Below the pieces are notes generated by a model that worked only from the letters and a program-made list of their open reading frames with translations, had not been told where the DNA came from and made no database searches. From Eledone cirrhosa (lineage: Eukaryota), in the NCBI GenBank assembly GCA_964016885.1, contig OZ024742.1, positions 3,410,001-3,474,000 on the forward strand: a stretch of 64,000 nt of DNA. The letters run 5' to 3'. The position numbers were made by a program, and so were the translations under genes. Below, piece after piece: positions 49,298 to 63,267 of this stretch (within the stretch, counting starts at the first letter, position 1; each line of letters begins with the position of its first letter).

Positions 49298-51674
49298 CTT
49301 CTTATATATAAAGTGAAGATGGGCATTGTTTGGTGTTCCCAACTTGCATGCTTCACCGTTCATCCAATTTTCATGAAACCTCACACATATATAAAACTGA
49401 ACAATAGGCTACTTTAAAATTTCGAAAAATCGATAATCGGGACCTGAGAAGCCAAAAAGCGATATTTTCAAAAATCGATGAAACTCGACGCAAGTGTGTA
49501 TTTTGATTCGGGGATAAACGTGCGCTACATTAAATTTTCGAAAAATCGATAATTGGATCACCAGAGGCAAAAATCGATATTTACGAAATTTGTCCGATTC
49601 CAATGAAATTTGACGTAGGTATGTGTTTTGATGCGTGGATTAACGTGGGATACTTGAAATTGTAAAAAGAAATTCGATAATCGGACCCCCAGAGGCAAAA
49701 ATCCGGCAACCGAAAAACGCCATTCTTCTTGCTTACATTTGTCGCGACTCCCGCCATGCAAAAAATGTTCAATCTATCAGGATTATCCACCGTAAGTCTC
49801 TTTAAATTAACGCTCACCATATTCAGCAAACCTTTTATGCCGATTCTTCCATTTCTTATATAAGGAATATCAACACTATACCGCCGCGCATCATCCTGTA
49901 TTGCACCCAGTCTTCTCAAGCGATCATCGAGCCTCCATGCGCTCCCTTCATTCCCGTGGTCCCACTACCGTAGCATAATGAGGCATCCGTCAAACTCTGC
50001 CCTCTCCCATCCCTTCACGCCGTCGACCTACTGCATCGTTGTGCATCACCATGCGCATCTCTGCATTGTCAGCTGCAATTCATTCCCCGGCCCTTTCCAT
50101 TGCCTGCCCTCCGTGGTCCCGAAGGACTGCCACGGCTCAACATGCCGAATCCCTGCCACCGTCCACCCCTGCCCATTTCCATTGCCTACACTCCGGGAGA
50201 GCTTAAGACTTCCATGCCTGACCGAACCGCATCCCTGCCACCGTCAACCCCTGCCCTCTCCCTTCCCTGCACGCCGTCGTCCCACTGCATCGTCATGCCT
50301 CACCATGCCGCATTACTGCCCTGTCGGCCACCATCCCCTCCTCAGCCATTTTTTTGGCCTGCCCGCCGTGCTCCTTCAATACTGCCTTGCCTAACTAAGC
50401 GGCATCCCTGCCACCATCAAGTGCTTCCTTCTCCCTTCCCTGCACGCTGTCGTCCCACTGCATCGTCATGCCTCACCATGCCACATCCATGCTCTGTCAG
50501 CCACCATGCCCTCCCCTTCCCTCTCCCTTACCCGCACGACTTGGTCCTTCATGAGTGCCATGGTTCACCATGCGGATCCCTGCAACCGTCAATCCCGGCC
50601 ATCTCCCTTCCCTGCACGCCGTCGTCCCACTGCATCGTCATGCATCACCATGCCGCATCAATGCTCTGTCAGCCGCCATCCCCTCATTGGCCCTTTCTTT
50701 TTCCTGCCCGCAGTGCTCCTTCAAGACTACCATGGCTCACCATGCGGCATCCTTGCCACCCTCCACCCATGCCCTCTTCCTTGCCTGCTGGCCGTCGCCC
50801 CACTACATCTTCATGCCTCAGGATGCCGCCTCCATGCACTGTCAGCCACCATCGCCTCCTCGGCTCTTTCTTTTGCCTGACCGCCGTGCTCCTTCAAGAC
50901 TCCCATGGCTATCTATGCCGCATCAATTCCTTGCCACCCGCTTAAACGTCATCAGTATGGCTTATTGTTGCCTCATTTGATCACCGATTTTCGCAGGCTA
51001 AACACAATACCAACGTGCACGATAGTCCATGGTAAATCTTTTTAATTACATGTTCTTGAGGTTGTTGCAAAGGGCAATAACCCTAGACTCAATTTTGATC
51101 AACTTTTTTTCACATATAGCAAATTTACCGGGACAGGTCTTTAGCTACTCAAATCTACTTCAGAGGTCACGCATTCATGTAAAAAATCAATAAAACTGAA
51201 GCGGGTATTCGACTTTGCGCAAAAAAGAGGGCAAAGTTGCAGATGGGATAATTTTTTACAGGAACGTCCGATTTTCGTGAAAACTGTCGCAAATGATTCG
51301 TCCATTATGCCGCGATTCAGATAAACGCCCTTTTATTTCTTCTTCTGCACATGTGAGCGCCAAAATTGTAAAAAAAAAAAAAAATTTGAAAAAATCGACT
51401 TTTTCAACCTGCTTTAAAAATCAACTGAAAATTCAATTTCAAGTGAATTTGATTTCCGTCAGTCTTGCAAAGAGCAATTTCAACGATACACTCTGAACCT
51501 ACAATTGATCCATTATTTATCCTCAAATTACACACCTGCGTATACTAACCTATGTTTTTTTCCTTGAGGTTCGAAGGTTTTTGCACCTGTGATGCGCGGG
51601 AAGTAACTTTCAAACATTTTAACAACAGACCAAAGGTCGACTTACACCCGGGCAACGCCGGGTACTTCTGCTAG
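49297..51674 (+). mobile_element. Non-autonomous Helitron with internal degenerate tandem repeats
   Basis: 5' end A|TCTTCTTATATATAAAG. 3' end CCCGGGCAACGCCGGG-TACTTCTG-CTAG|T. Repeats of about 120 bp (49420-49720) and GC-rich repeats of about 180 bp (49930-50940). Confidence 0.75.
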
Positions 51675-51927
51675 TATATATATATATATATATTAAAGAG
51701 CGAGAGAGAGTGTGATAGAAAGAGAAAGTGATAGAACGAAAGAGAGAGAGAGATGGAGAGAGTATTCACTTATAATAAATATCGATGCTGTGTGTTTGTG
51801 TGTGTGCAAGGATCAGAAACCGCGCATGTTTGTGCTAGTATACGATTGTGAGCCGAATACCCTAACCATGCACTTTCACACACCTATATACATATATAAA
51901 CACACACACATATATATATATACACAA

Positions 51928-51964
<37 letters not shown>

Positions 51965-51965
51965 A

Positions 51966-52003
<38 letters not shown>

Positions 52004-52288
52004 ATAATAATAATAATAATGATTTCATTTATTGGCCACAAGGGCCGACATATAGGGGACAATACAAAAGACTGGGACAGTCGGGTTTTACAGAAAAATC
52101 GAGTAAACAATATGAATAAACAAAGTAACAATAATAAAGTAACAATAAAGTAACAATAAAATTACAACAAGAAAAAAATTCCCCAATAGGGGGGATGACC
52201 ACCTAGGGTTCGCTCAGGTACCCCACCAGTCCTGAACGACCCGACGCTTCGAGAGCACCCTGGAAGGGCACCTCTCTCCTCTTCAAAT

Positions 52289-55200
52289 TTAACTACCTAC
52301 AGCCCGCATGACCAGAGTAGGCCCAATCACACGGGCCATTCTCGCCACATTCACCCACCTTTCAGCAAATGTAATGGGGGGCAGCACTTCTCTCTCCACC
52401 CTCACCTTCCTTTCCAAGTGAAACTTGAAAAAGTTGATGAGGGATTGGCCGAAGAGAAAAGTGTCTGTCTTCAGTCCTTTCAACCTCGTCCACCATACAA
52501 CCTCTTTCGCTACGGACACCAGACAGAGGGAAATTTCCTGCCCTTGCGGCCAAAAGAAGGCGGCGGGTCGATCTTCACTATGGACTCGGCCGATAGCCGG
52601 ATCCGTTCTACACGCGACAACAGCTGTTCAACATAACTCCACAAGTCAGTAATGCACGGACACTGGACGAGTGCGTGCAGAACGGTTTCGTCGCTCTGCG
52701 CGCATCTGGGGCAAGTCCATCTAACAGCACTTCCGTGCCTGTAGAATTTATCTCGAACCGGCAGTGCCCCCCGGTAGCACTGCCAAGCGAGGGATTTTTG
52801 GAAATTATCCATCGTCCCCGGCTCGAAAGTCCTCCGGATCAGACTGGTGAGTTCGACTTCGTTGACTCCCAGAGCCTCTCCGAGTGCGTCGTCGCACTTT
52901 CCCACCACTAATCCTCTATAGAACTCGAGAGGGGAAGTTCCACTGACCGCATTGCCCGCCTGGCAGAGGGCAGTGAGTGCCTGGCAACATTCCAGATGCC
53001 AGTCACCCAGTCTCAGTCTCTTCTTGACCCAGAACTGCAGCTCAGTCAAATAAACGAGCTGCGGAAAGGCCCGTCTGACAAACAGCGACCACACCTGTTC
53101 ACCGTTTACGAAGAATATCTGGAGATGCCGCAGCCTCAGCGCGTGCCTGCGCATCATTAGCCACGGCATGCCCAGCCCTCCACATAGAGGGCGCTGGCAG
53201 CAGATGGACCGCCTCACCAGCGGAACCTGACCCCTCCACAAGTATTTGAAGAGGAGTCGCTCCAAGATGGCGAGGCGCGGACGGGGGCAAGAGACGACAG
53301 TCAGACGGTAGTAGATGACGGACGCGATGTACGCGTTCGCCACCTCCGCCCGACCTTTCAGTGATAGCTTCATCCAAGCCCATTTCTGGGTGAGACTGAC
53401 TACCCTGCCCGTCACCTCGTCCCAATTCTTATCCACCTGGAGGTCTGGCCCGAACCAAACCCCTAGCAACTTTACCGGTCAGTCCGTCCAGCGCCTAACG
53501 ACGCTGTGGGACGGCATGGACTTGCCTCTCCAGGTACCGAGTTGCAAGCCTACTGACTTTTCCGGGTTAAGTTTGGCTCCCGTCAACCTTTCATATTCCT
53601 CCAATAAGTTGCCGACCACCTCGATTTCTGAGGTGTCCGACACCATCACGGTGATGTCGTCCGCATAAGCCAACACGGCCTTTCGGCGTCCCGGTTCGAG
53701 CGGGATGCCCTGCAACAGTTCCAACTTCCGCAGTAAAGGCTCGAGAGTCAATACGTACAGAAGGGAGGAGAGAGGGCACCCTTAACGGACCGATCGGGAG
53801 ATCTGAAACGGTTCCGAGAGGTGGCCATTAATTTTGACCATCGAGCAGGTGCCGCTGTGCATTGCAGCGATCCAGCTTCTGAAAACGGGGCCGAAGCCAG
53901 CCGCCTTGAGGACAGCCTCCAGGTACCGATAGTCGACCCTATCGAATGCTTTCGATTGATCTAAATTGATCAGAGCCCCACCGAAGCCAGGTTTACACCC
54001 TACCCTCTCTATGATGTATCGTATTAGGTGGAGGTTGTCGTGTATGGACCTGGTTGGGATTGCGCAAATTTGCGCCTCCCCAACCAAATCTCCGACGACA
54101 AGCGCCAACCTCTTCGCTAACACCCTGGCCAAAATCTTAAAATCTGTGTTGAGCAGAGTTATGGGCCTGAAATTGTCTAATGTGTCCCTCTTGTTCTCGT
54201 CTTTCCTTATCAGCGTGACTACGCCCCGGCTCACAGAACTAGGAATACTCCCGTTTTGCTGCCAGTTCAGTAGAGGGCTTCGAGGAGATTGGAGAACAAG
54301 TCTGGCATATTTACGTAAAGTTCGTAGGGCAGACCATCCAAACCGTGTGACTTGCGCCTCATGCAGCCTACAAGGGCATCCTGAATTTCGGCTGAAGTAA
54401 TTGGCCTTTCGCAGCGCCCAGCGTCAGCCGTCGAGAGTTGCGGCAAGCCATCGAGGTAGGGAATGAAGTCCGCCGCCATCTCTGACCCGCCACTTCCCCC
54501 GAACAACCGAGCGAAATGTTGGCGAAAGGCCTCTCACATCCACTTGGAATCGCTCAGCTCGTGCCCGTCTCTGTCCGTCAAAGACTGAATCGAGGTTTTA
54601 TTTCAACGCTGCGCCTCTTCCACGCGGGCCCATCGAACAGCTTTAGTTCCCTTTAAGCACGCGCCTTAGCTCTGACAATGCAACCTTCGTGCTTCACATT
54701 GAAGAAATGGTCTAATGCCATTCTCGCCGCTAGCACATCAGATGCAATGCCACTACCAATAGCCTCGTCTAACTTATCTACCAACTCTCCCTCCTTTCTA
54801 TTTTTCTCTAATGCTACTTCTTTGCTAAACTCTATCGACATTACTCTAATCTCTATTTTGAGAGCCCCCCACCATCTATTGTTGACGACTTCCCCTGTCA
54901 ACTTTTTCTTAACTAAATTGTTGACCTGGTCCCTGTAAGCCTTACGTGCCGTAAATGACATGTTTAGCTTCCAGTAACCAAGTCCTAACCTACGCGTCTT
55001 ATCTAGGTCAACCATACAGATCACAAACTTGTGATCTGAATAGGCGACCGTTTCAAAACGTGAACAGCTTTCACTATTTCTGTCTATTTTCCTAATGAAT
55101 ATCCTGTCTATATACGATCTAGATGACCCTATGCGGTTAGTCCAGGTCCACACTGGCGCATTAGGGAAATCTAATCGGTACCTGTCAGACAGTTGGAACT

Positions 55201-55711
55201 GGCTGATCAGGTTCTTGAGGCTTTTGCACCCCCCGCTCCTATCGGATACTCCCACACAGTCCCAGCGTGCGTCTAAGATGCCGTTCCAGTCCCCCACTAA
55301 CAGTAAAGGGCGAGACGTACCCAGAAAGGCTTCCAGGCGTCTAAAGAAGTCCGACCGTCCTGCCCCAGTAGGAGCATAGACGGCCACCAGTCTAAGGGCA
55401 CCACCTTCATTATTGTTCACGTCCAGGACCACCAACTTCCCGTCCGGGTCCCGAAAGATCGACCTTACCTCGAGATCCAGGCCTTTCCTAAACAGCACTG
55501 TCACCCCGCCTCCCATTCCCGGCCGGCTAACAGATGCAAAGATCTGATAGTCGTCGAAAATGGGGGCTAGTGCGCGCGTGTCGGAAATCCTGGTCTCGCT
55601 GACTGCAATTACATCCATTTCTAGAGACCTGAGGTTGTTGAGCAGGTGACCCTGCTTCCAGGACGATCCCAGGCCTCGAACATTTAAACATCCTCCTCTT
55701 AATACGGCCAT
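52289..55711 (-). pseudogene. Tx1 ORF2 (APE + RT + zf-RVT), disrupted
   Basis: CLNVRGL, VSET, VYAP, GDWN, SYIDRI, SDH; FRPITLLNTDFKIL, DQSKAFDRVD, YADD; CPRC..ETVLHALVQC. Confidence 0.9.
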
Positions 55712-55746
55712 GTTGGCAGGTTAAACAGAGAGAGAGAGAGGAAGGT

Positions 55747-57269
55747 TTACTTACCTTCCGGGCTCTTGTGAAGGTCGGGTTGTTCGACCTCGATAGTTAG
55801 TGGGATTTCTTTTGGAAACCCCTTTAAAAGTCTTGAAGTGGGTTTTACGTTCGGGGTTCCCACGTCCCGAGGAAAGCTGTCTTGTATTTCTTTGAATATG
55901 TCGAGCGACATTCGCACCAGAACCAAATCTTCCGGCACGCGAAATGTGCTCGATTTAAAAATTTCCCCCTCTTTTTGTATATTTTCACTTCGTGCTACGA
56001 GGGCCATCAGTTCCTTGTTGGCCCTCCTGACGAGCACGAAGTTTTGTATGTTTTGTTGGTGTGATTTTATTTGTTTGCGTGGCTGTGGTGGTGATAGTTT
56101 TGGTGATGTTGTTTCAGTTGGGTCTGTGTTTGTTGTGAGTGCGGTGTCTGAGGTTTCACTGTTTGTGTGTATATTTGTTATTGCGTCTGTTTCGGTTGTT
56201 TGCGTTTGGGGGATTCTGGTGATGGTGATGGTGGTGTTGATGTTGGTTTTATTGGAGAGATGTTTGCGTGGGTGGGGTCTGCGTTATTTATTTTGGGTGC
56301 TTTTGTGCTTTGTTGAGTTTTTTTTTCTTTTTGTGTTTCCTTTTTTGTATTTTCGGGGATTTTGTCTCTCCCTCATTTTCATTACTGGTAGATGAGGGGT
56401 CTGTGTCTGTAAGTGTGTCTGTATGTATGTTTGTGGTTTTATTGGTGTGTGTATTTTGGGGGGGAGGGTGAATTTGACAGCTTTCCTCGTTTCCCCCCTG
56501 GGTGGTCAATGTTGGCGGTGGTCATTCTACTGATGTTGTTATTGGTGATTTTGCCGGTGCTGGTGTTGGTTGTGGTCCTCGCCGCGGCGTCGGCAGCAGT
56601 GGTGCCTTTCGACCCCTTGCCTCTTTCAGCAGTTGAGGGCAGAAAGCTCGCAAATGGGTTTTTTTCCCCACAAACAAAACACTGCGGCCTTTTGCCTTCG
56701 GTCATAATGTGAATGACCGTCCCATTCTGAAGGCGGATGTGGTCCGGGATTGTCTTCACATTCTCGGGCCTGATCTGGAGAAGGATCTCCAGGTCAACCC
56801 CGGACCAGTCCTCTCTGGCCGTTCTGGTCACTTCTATAGGGACTGTATCCGTCCCCTCCACAATCACACATCCCAGAAGCGACCACATGTCAAATCCTGG
56901 TGGGATTCTGGGAATGCGGAGACGGGCCGTTCTTTTTCCCATGTGGGAGGGGTACATTATGACCTTGTTGGTTTTGCAAGGAGTCATAGCGTGTTTCATA
57001 GCGAGGGCTTCTGACTTGAACAACACTGAAATGCTGCCGTACTGTCTGCCCCTCTCTATGTACTGGGTGTCTTCTCTGATGCACCTCAGCGTGACTTCGA
57101 CATCTTCTTGTGGGATTAAAGCTGCCCTTTTGGTTTGTGCTGAGATGCATCTATAATGCACCGTTTTGCGCTCCACTGCCTCAATAGCTTCTACCGGGAC
57201 AGTTAAGTTGGCCCACGTTTGCTCTTGCTTGATGAGCTTCCATGCCTGGGCCAACTTTTCCTCTTTGTT
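55747..57269 (-). pseudogene. Tx1 ORF1, 3' portion (5' portion at about 60702-61146 beyond the RTE insertion)
   Basis: KEEKLAQAWKLIK..WANLT aligns with KDEQLAQAWRLIK..WANLT of copy 1. Confidence 0.75.
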
Positions 57270-60200
57270 TGGTGCTACTGGTAACATGTATCCCAGTACA
57301 ACCTGTCTCATGGTCGGGTCGTTGGTGACTAAACTGGCAACCCCACCAAGGTTTCTTGGTGAGGAGGGTGACTTTGGACATCCTGCAGGACTAAAAACAA
57401 AACCTGTCAAAGGGCAAAGGAGCTCTTGAGAGTCAATGGCAATCCAAAATCACCGGGAGAGATGACCCCTTAGCCTTTGTCAAGGCAGAATTCTAGGAGA
57501 AGGAAAACTCTGATATAACACCTGCAACCCTGATGGTGGCTATCGGTTTGCAGTTCTACCAGAGACTACTCCACTTACTGTCTCTTTACTAAATGTCAGT
57601 GGTTGGGCTTCAGGTTAGCGACCTGTTTCCGGAAAAACTCTCCTGCTACGAAAACAATTCATAGTGCATCAGATTTAAATTCCAAGCAGTCAGGAGAACG
57701 GTTGTCTCTAACCGGAGATTGTATGACGGGTGTCTGCGAAAGTGTCAATGAGGAAGCCGACATCCTGAGGACCAGAATTCTGTCTGCAAAAACAACCACA
57801 CGTATTGGATATTGGAACATAAGAACTATGTACCAACCATCCAAACTTGCGCAAGTTATCGGAGAAATGGAGGCCTACAAAATTAACATCCTGGGCCTCA
57901 GCGAGATCCGCTGGACTGACTCTGGGAAGTTTGTCCATGAAAACAAGACCATCCTGTTCTCATGCCGTCAGAACGGGACCCACCGAGATGGAGTTGCAAT
58001 CATCATGGACAGGGCTGCCAGTGGTGCCCTTGAGGAGTGGAATCCTATCAACGAACGCCTAATGACAGCAAGATTCACCACATCACATGCAAAGGTCACC
58101 ATAGCTCAGTGCTATGCTCCAACCAACGAACATAACGATGATGACAAGGACGCTTTCTACCAGCAACTACAAGATGTAAACAAAACCCCACGTCATGACA
58201 TCCTGATCATCATGGGAGACATGAACGCACAGATCGGGGGAAGCAGGGTTGGCTTTGAACATGTCCTTGGCCCACATGCTTATGGAAACCGCACGGACAA
58301 CGGGGACTGGTTTGTCCAGTTCTGTGCCATGAACAATATGAAAATCGGCTCGTCACTATTTGACCACAAGAACATCCACAAAGTCACATGGACTTCGAAC
58401 GACCACAAGACCAAGACGCAAATAGACCACATTGCGATTGGCCCAAGTTGGAGAGCTCCTTGCCTGCAGGACGTCCGAGTCTACCGGGGCGCAGATGTCT
58501 GCAGTGACCACTATATGTCTGTTACCAAACTTAAAACAGACTGAGGAAGCAGAAGAAGAGAGCACTCAGTACAAGGCTTTTCGACACTACCAAGCTGAAG
58601 AACGGTGACACAGAAGCACAGTTCGAGGCTGCTTTGAAGAACAGATTTGCTGTCCTTGAGGAGTCTGCACCAGGCTCGGTCAACTGGTGGGAGGAAATGA
58701 AGAAGACCATGGAAGCTGCAGGGGAAGAAATCCTGGGCTACAGGAAGTCCCTCAGAGAAGCTTGGTTCAGCGACAACACCTGGCAGCTAATTAATGAAAG
58801 AAAGCCCTACACCAGCAGAGGCATGCCACTACCCCAGAGGCCATCAAGGTATATCAGCAGTATGTTGACAAGGACAAGGAGGTGAAACGCAGCGCCCAAA
58901 AGGACAAATGAATGTGGCTTGAGGGTAAGGCAGAGGAGGCGGAAGCAGCTGTGGCACAAAATGACATGCGCATTGTGTACCAAATTGCCAAGAAAATCAC
59001 CGGAAGCTCTAGAGCTAACTCAGGCCCGGTGAAAGCGAAAGATGGTACGCTGCTTTCCAAGGGTGAAGAAAAGTTAGTCAGATGGGTTGAACATTTGAAG
59101 GAAGTCCTCAACCGACCGGATCCACGTGTGCCAGCAGACATTAAGGAACCTACTAGTTTGTTGCCTATCAATACTGATGACTTCACCGAGAAGGAAGTCC
59201 GCATGGCCATCAAAACCCTTAAGAATAACAAGTCACCAGGTATAGATGGCATTCCTGATGAAATGCTGAAGTCAGGAGGCGAAAGCATGGTCAAGTGGTT
59301 GGCCCACTTATGTAATCTTGTGTGGAACACGGGTGAAGTCCCAGAATATTGGAGAAACGGAGCGGTTGTCTGTATCCCCAAGAAGGGCAACCTTGCCGAT
59401 TGTGACAACTGGAGGGGAGTGACACTTCTCTCAATACCAGGGAAGGTCTATTGTCTGATGATTCTGAACCGCATACGTGGCATAGTAGACCGGGAACTGC
59501 GAGAACAACAGGCAGGGTTCCGACCAAAACGTTCCTGTGCAGAGCAGATCTTTACGTTACGCCGCATCATTGAGAGGTACAACGAATTCCAGAGGCCCCT
59601 CGCCGTCAGCTTCATCTATTTCTCCAAAGCATTCGATAGCATTCATCGACCGTCACTCTGGAGCATCATGCATGAGTATGGTCTGCCCCAGAAAGTCATT
59701 TCGGCAATCAAACAGATTTACGCAAACTCCAAGTGCTGCATACGGACAGAGGATGGTTACAGTGACTGGTTTGAGGTGGTTACTGGCGTGCGTCAGTGTT
59801 GTTCGCTCTCTCCAATTCTCTTTGCCATAGCCATTGACTGGGTACTAAGAAGAGCGTCTAAAGACCAGGGTATATCTTGGGTGGGAGAGCAAAGGTTGTC
59901 TGACCTGGACTTTGCGGACGATATTGTTGCACTTGCAGAGAGCACAGCTGACCTGAAAATCATTATGAACAATATCAATGTCGAAGCAGGAAGCTTAGGT
60001 CTCAATATCAGTGCTAAGAAGACCAAAAGCATGTTATCTGGGACACACCCATCACCAACTAGTGTTTTCATTGAACAGGGCGAGGTGGAGATAGTGGACA
60101 ACTTCACCTACCTAGGAAGCTGCATTGACGATGGGGGCGCCAAGGACAGTGAATTGCAATGTAGATTGTGAAAGGCTTTAGCAGCATTTAACGAGCTTGT

Positions 60201-60703
60201 CAAGATCTGAAAGAGCAGGAAGTTCACCCTCAAAGCAAAGATGAGATTCTACAACAGCAACGTGCTGTCCACACTCTTGTACGGAAGTGAAACATGGCAC
60301 CTTAAGACCAGCCAAGAGAAGAAGTTGGACGCATTCGATTCCAGGTGTCTGCGAAAGATCCTGGGGATTAAATGGAGTGACCATGTAACAAACCAGGAAG
60401 TCAGGAACCGCACCAACCAGCAGCTGGTCGCTTCTGCCATCTGCAAGCGACGCATGGGCTGGTTTGGGCACGCTTTGAGACTTCCCCCGGAGAGACTGGC
60501 GAACCAAGTACTTAAATGGAACCCACAGGGAAGCAGACGGAGAGGGCGACCCAAAATGAACTGGTGCCAGACAGTTGAGAGGGACCTGCGAGCGACAAAC
60601 AGACAATGGTGGGACGCTGTGCAACTGGCTGCTGACCGAACGCGGTGTAACACTATGATTGCCTCATGCGTCGCAAGACGCGGGAGCTTCTGAGTCTGAG
60701 TCT
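57270..60703 (+). mobile_element. Near-full-length RTE-clade LINE nested in Tx1 ORF1
   Basis: 5' UTR with CTAGGAGAAGGAAAACTCTG motif, single APE-RT ORF, almost no 3' UTR, (CTGAGT)2 tail. Confidence 0.88.
57723..60693 (+). pseudogene. RTE ORF (APE + RT), a few stops and frameshifts
   Basis: WNIRTM, LGLSEIRW, QCYAPT, MGDMNA, QIDHI, SDH; KSPGIDGI, IPKKG, NWRGVTLLS, QAGFR, GVRQ..LSP, FADD, FTYLGS; LLYGSETW, W.GH.LR, GRP. Confidence 0.9.
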
Positions 60704-61379
60704 ATGTTGAAGCATGGCCTCCTTTTTGCTGCTGCCGCAGCGAAAGTGTTCTTCTTGTTTTCGTTGGGGATTTTGTTGTCGTTGTTCTTGTTGGTGTTGT
60801 TGTTAGCACTGTCGCTGTTATCATTGTTGTCTTTGTTGCCACCGTTGTTCTCGGTGCAGTTGGTATTGTTGCTGTTGGTGTTGTCGCTATTTGTTTTTAT
60901 GTTAGTGGTGTTGATATTGTTGTTGTATTTGTTATTTTTTTTTTGTTATCTGTATTTTCGTTGTCGCTGTTACTGTCATTTTTTTCAAAATTAGTGTTCT
61001 TATTGGTATCATTGGTGTCTTTGTTTACCTTGTTTGTGGTGGTGTTTGTGTTATCAATGTGTGTTAATTTAGCTGTAGCGCTCCTCTCAACTTCTACGTC
61101 GCTGTCGCACGACAGCCGACATATCGCTGGGGCGTGGCTCAGCCATGTTTTTTTTTCTTCGTAAATTTTTTAACATGTAAAAAAAAGTTCAAATATTTGG
61201 GCCAAAAGGCCCAAATATTATACTTTCCCCCTAACGGGGCAAAGTCTAAGGGCTTATATCCCTTACACAGCAAGGAATATTTAACAACAAATAATTTTAA
61301 CAGGCAAATAAAGCGACTTACTGTGAGCGAGCAAAATACGTCCGCTTAGACCAATAATAATAATAATAATAATAATAAT

Positions 61380-63267
61380 TTCATTTATTAGAGACAAGGG
61401 GAGACATGTAGGGGACAATACAAAGACAGGGACAGTGGGGGTTTACAATAAGTTCGAGTAAAAGTGTACAATGGCAAGACTAATTTAACAATGAAAATAT
61501 AAATATATAAAATAAACTATGCATAAATATAACAAAATAAATTCCCTGATAGGGGGTGGACAACCCTGGAGTGACTCGGGTACCCCACCAATCCTGAACC
61601 ACCCTGCGCTTGTAGGGCACCCAGGGCGAGCACCCTCTCCTCAAGTTAGCTAGCCTATAGGCGCATGGACAGAGTAGGCCCATTCACACGAGCCATTCTC
61701 GCCACATTCACCCACCTTTTAGCAAATGTACTGGGGGGCAGCACTTCTCTCTCCACACTCACCTTCCTTTCCAGGTGAAACTTGAAGAAGTTGATGAGGG
61801 ATTAGCCGAAGATAAAAGTGTCTGTCTTCAGTCCTTTTAACCTGGTCCACCATATAACCTCTTTCGCAACTGCCACCAGACAGAGGAAAATTTCCTGCTC
61901 TTCCTGACCTAAGGAAGGCGGTGGATCGATCTTCACTATGGACTCGGCCGATAGCCAGATTCGTTCCACACGCGACAAGTGCGTGCAGAACGGTTTCGTC
62001 GTTCTGTACGCATCTTGGGCAGGTCCGTCTGACAGCACTTCCGTGCCTGTAGAGTTTATCCCGAACCGGCAGTGCCCCCCGGTAGCACTGCCAAGCGAGG
62101 GATTTCTGGAAATTGTCCATCGTCCCCGGCTCAAAAGTCCTCCGGTACAGACTGGTCAGTTCGACTTCGTCGAGGACCAAAGCTTCTCCGAGTGCGTCAT
62201 CGCACTTGCCCACCACTAATCCTCTATAGAACTCGAGAGTGGAAGTTCCACTGATCGCATTGTCCGCTTGGTAGAGGGCAGTGAGTACCTGGCAACATTC
62301 CAGGTGCCAGTCAACCAGTCTCGGTCTGTTCTTGACCCAGGACTGCAGCTCAGTCAAAGAAATGAGCTGCGGAAAGGCCCGTCTGATAAACCGTGACCAC
62401 ACCTGTTCACCGTTGAGGCAGAATATCTGGAGATGTCGCAGCCTCAACGCATTTCTGTGCATCATTAGCCACGGCATGCCCAGCCCTCCGCGTAGAGGGG
62501 GCTGGCAGTAGAAGGAACGCCTCACCAACGGAACTTGTCCCCTCCACAAGAATTTGAAGAGGAGCCGTTCCAAATTGACGAGGCGCGGACGGGGGCAAGG
62601 CACGACGGTCAGGCGGTAGTTGATGACGGACGCGATATACGCATTCGCCACCTCCGCGCGACCTTTCAGTGTAAGCTTCCTCCCAGCCCATTTTTGGGTG
62701 AGACTGGCTACTCTGCTCGTTACCTCGTCCCAATTCTTTTCCACCTGGAGGTCTGGTCCGAACCAAACTCGAGCAACTTTGCCGGTCCGTCCGTCCAGCG
62801 CCCTACGACGCTGTTGGACGGCATGGGCTTGCCTCTCCAGGTTCCGAGCTGCAAGCCCACCGACATTTCCGGGTTAAGTTTGGCTCCTGTCACCCTTTCA
62901 TATTCCTTCAATAAGGTGCCGACCACCTCGATTTCTGAGGTGTTCGACACCATCATGGTGATGTTGTCCGCATAAGCCGACACCGCCTTTCCACGTCCCG
63001 GTTCGAGCGGGATGCCCTGCAACAGCTCCAGCTTCCGCAGTAAAGGCTCGAGAGTCAATACGTACAGAAGGGAAGAGAGAGGGCACCCTTGCCGGACCGA
63101 TCGGGAGAGCCGAAATGGTTCCGAGAGGTGGCCATTAACCTTGACCACCGAGCGTGTGCCGCTGTGCATTGCAGTGATCCAGCTTCTAAAGACAGGGGCG
63201 AAGCCAGCTGCTTTGAGGACAAACTCCAGATACCGATGGTCGACCCTATCGAATACTTTCGATTGAG
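61380..63267 (-). mobile_element. 5'-truncated Tx1 LINE, copy 3 (close to copy 1), directly upstream of copy 2
   Basis: The 3' UTR and ORF2 3' half align with 725-2642. The RT motif reads YADN. Internal deletion near 61977. Confidence 0.88.

Larger units (their letters stand above)
52021..61352 (-). mobile_element. Full-length Tx1-clade LINE, copy 2 (diverged subfamily), ORF1 interrupted by an RTE
   Basis: Colinear with copy 1. (AAT)n at 52002-52020 and 61353-61379. Confidence 0.9.

Noticed and set aside
49978-50980. ORFs of 124-281 aa inside the Helitron as RepHel or captured gene
   Set aside because: There are no Rep (HUH/Y2) or helicase motifs. The frames arise from GC-rich degenerate tandem repeats.
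56439-57410. 323-aa ORF as an intact gene
   Set aside because: It is chimeric: the N-terminus is antisense RTE 5' UTR read into the Tx1 ORF1 remnant.
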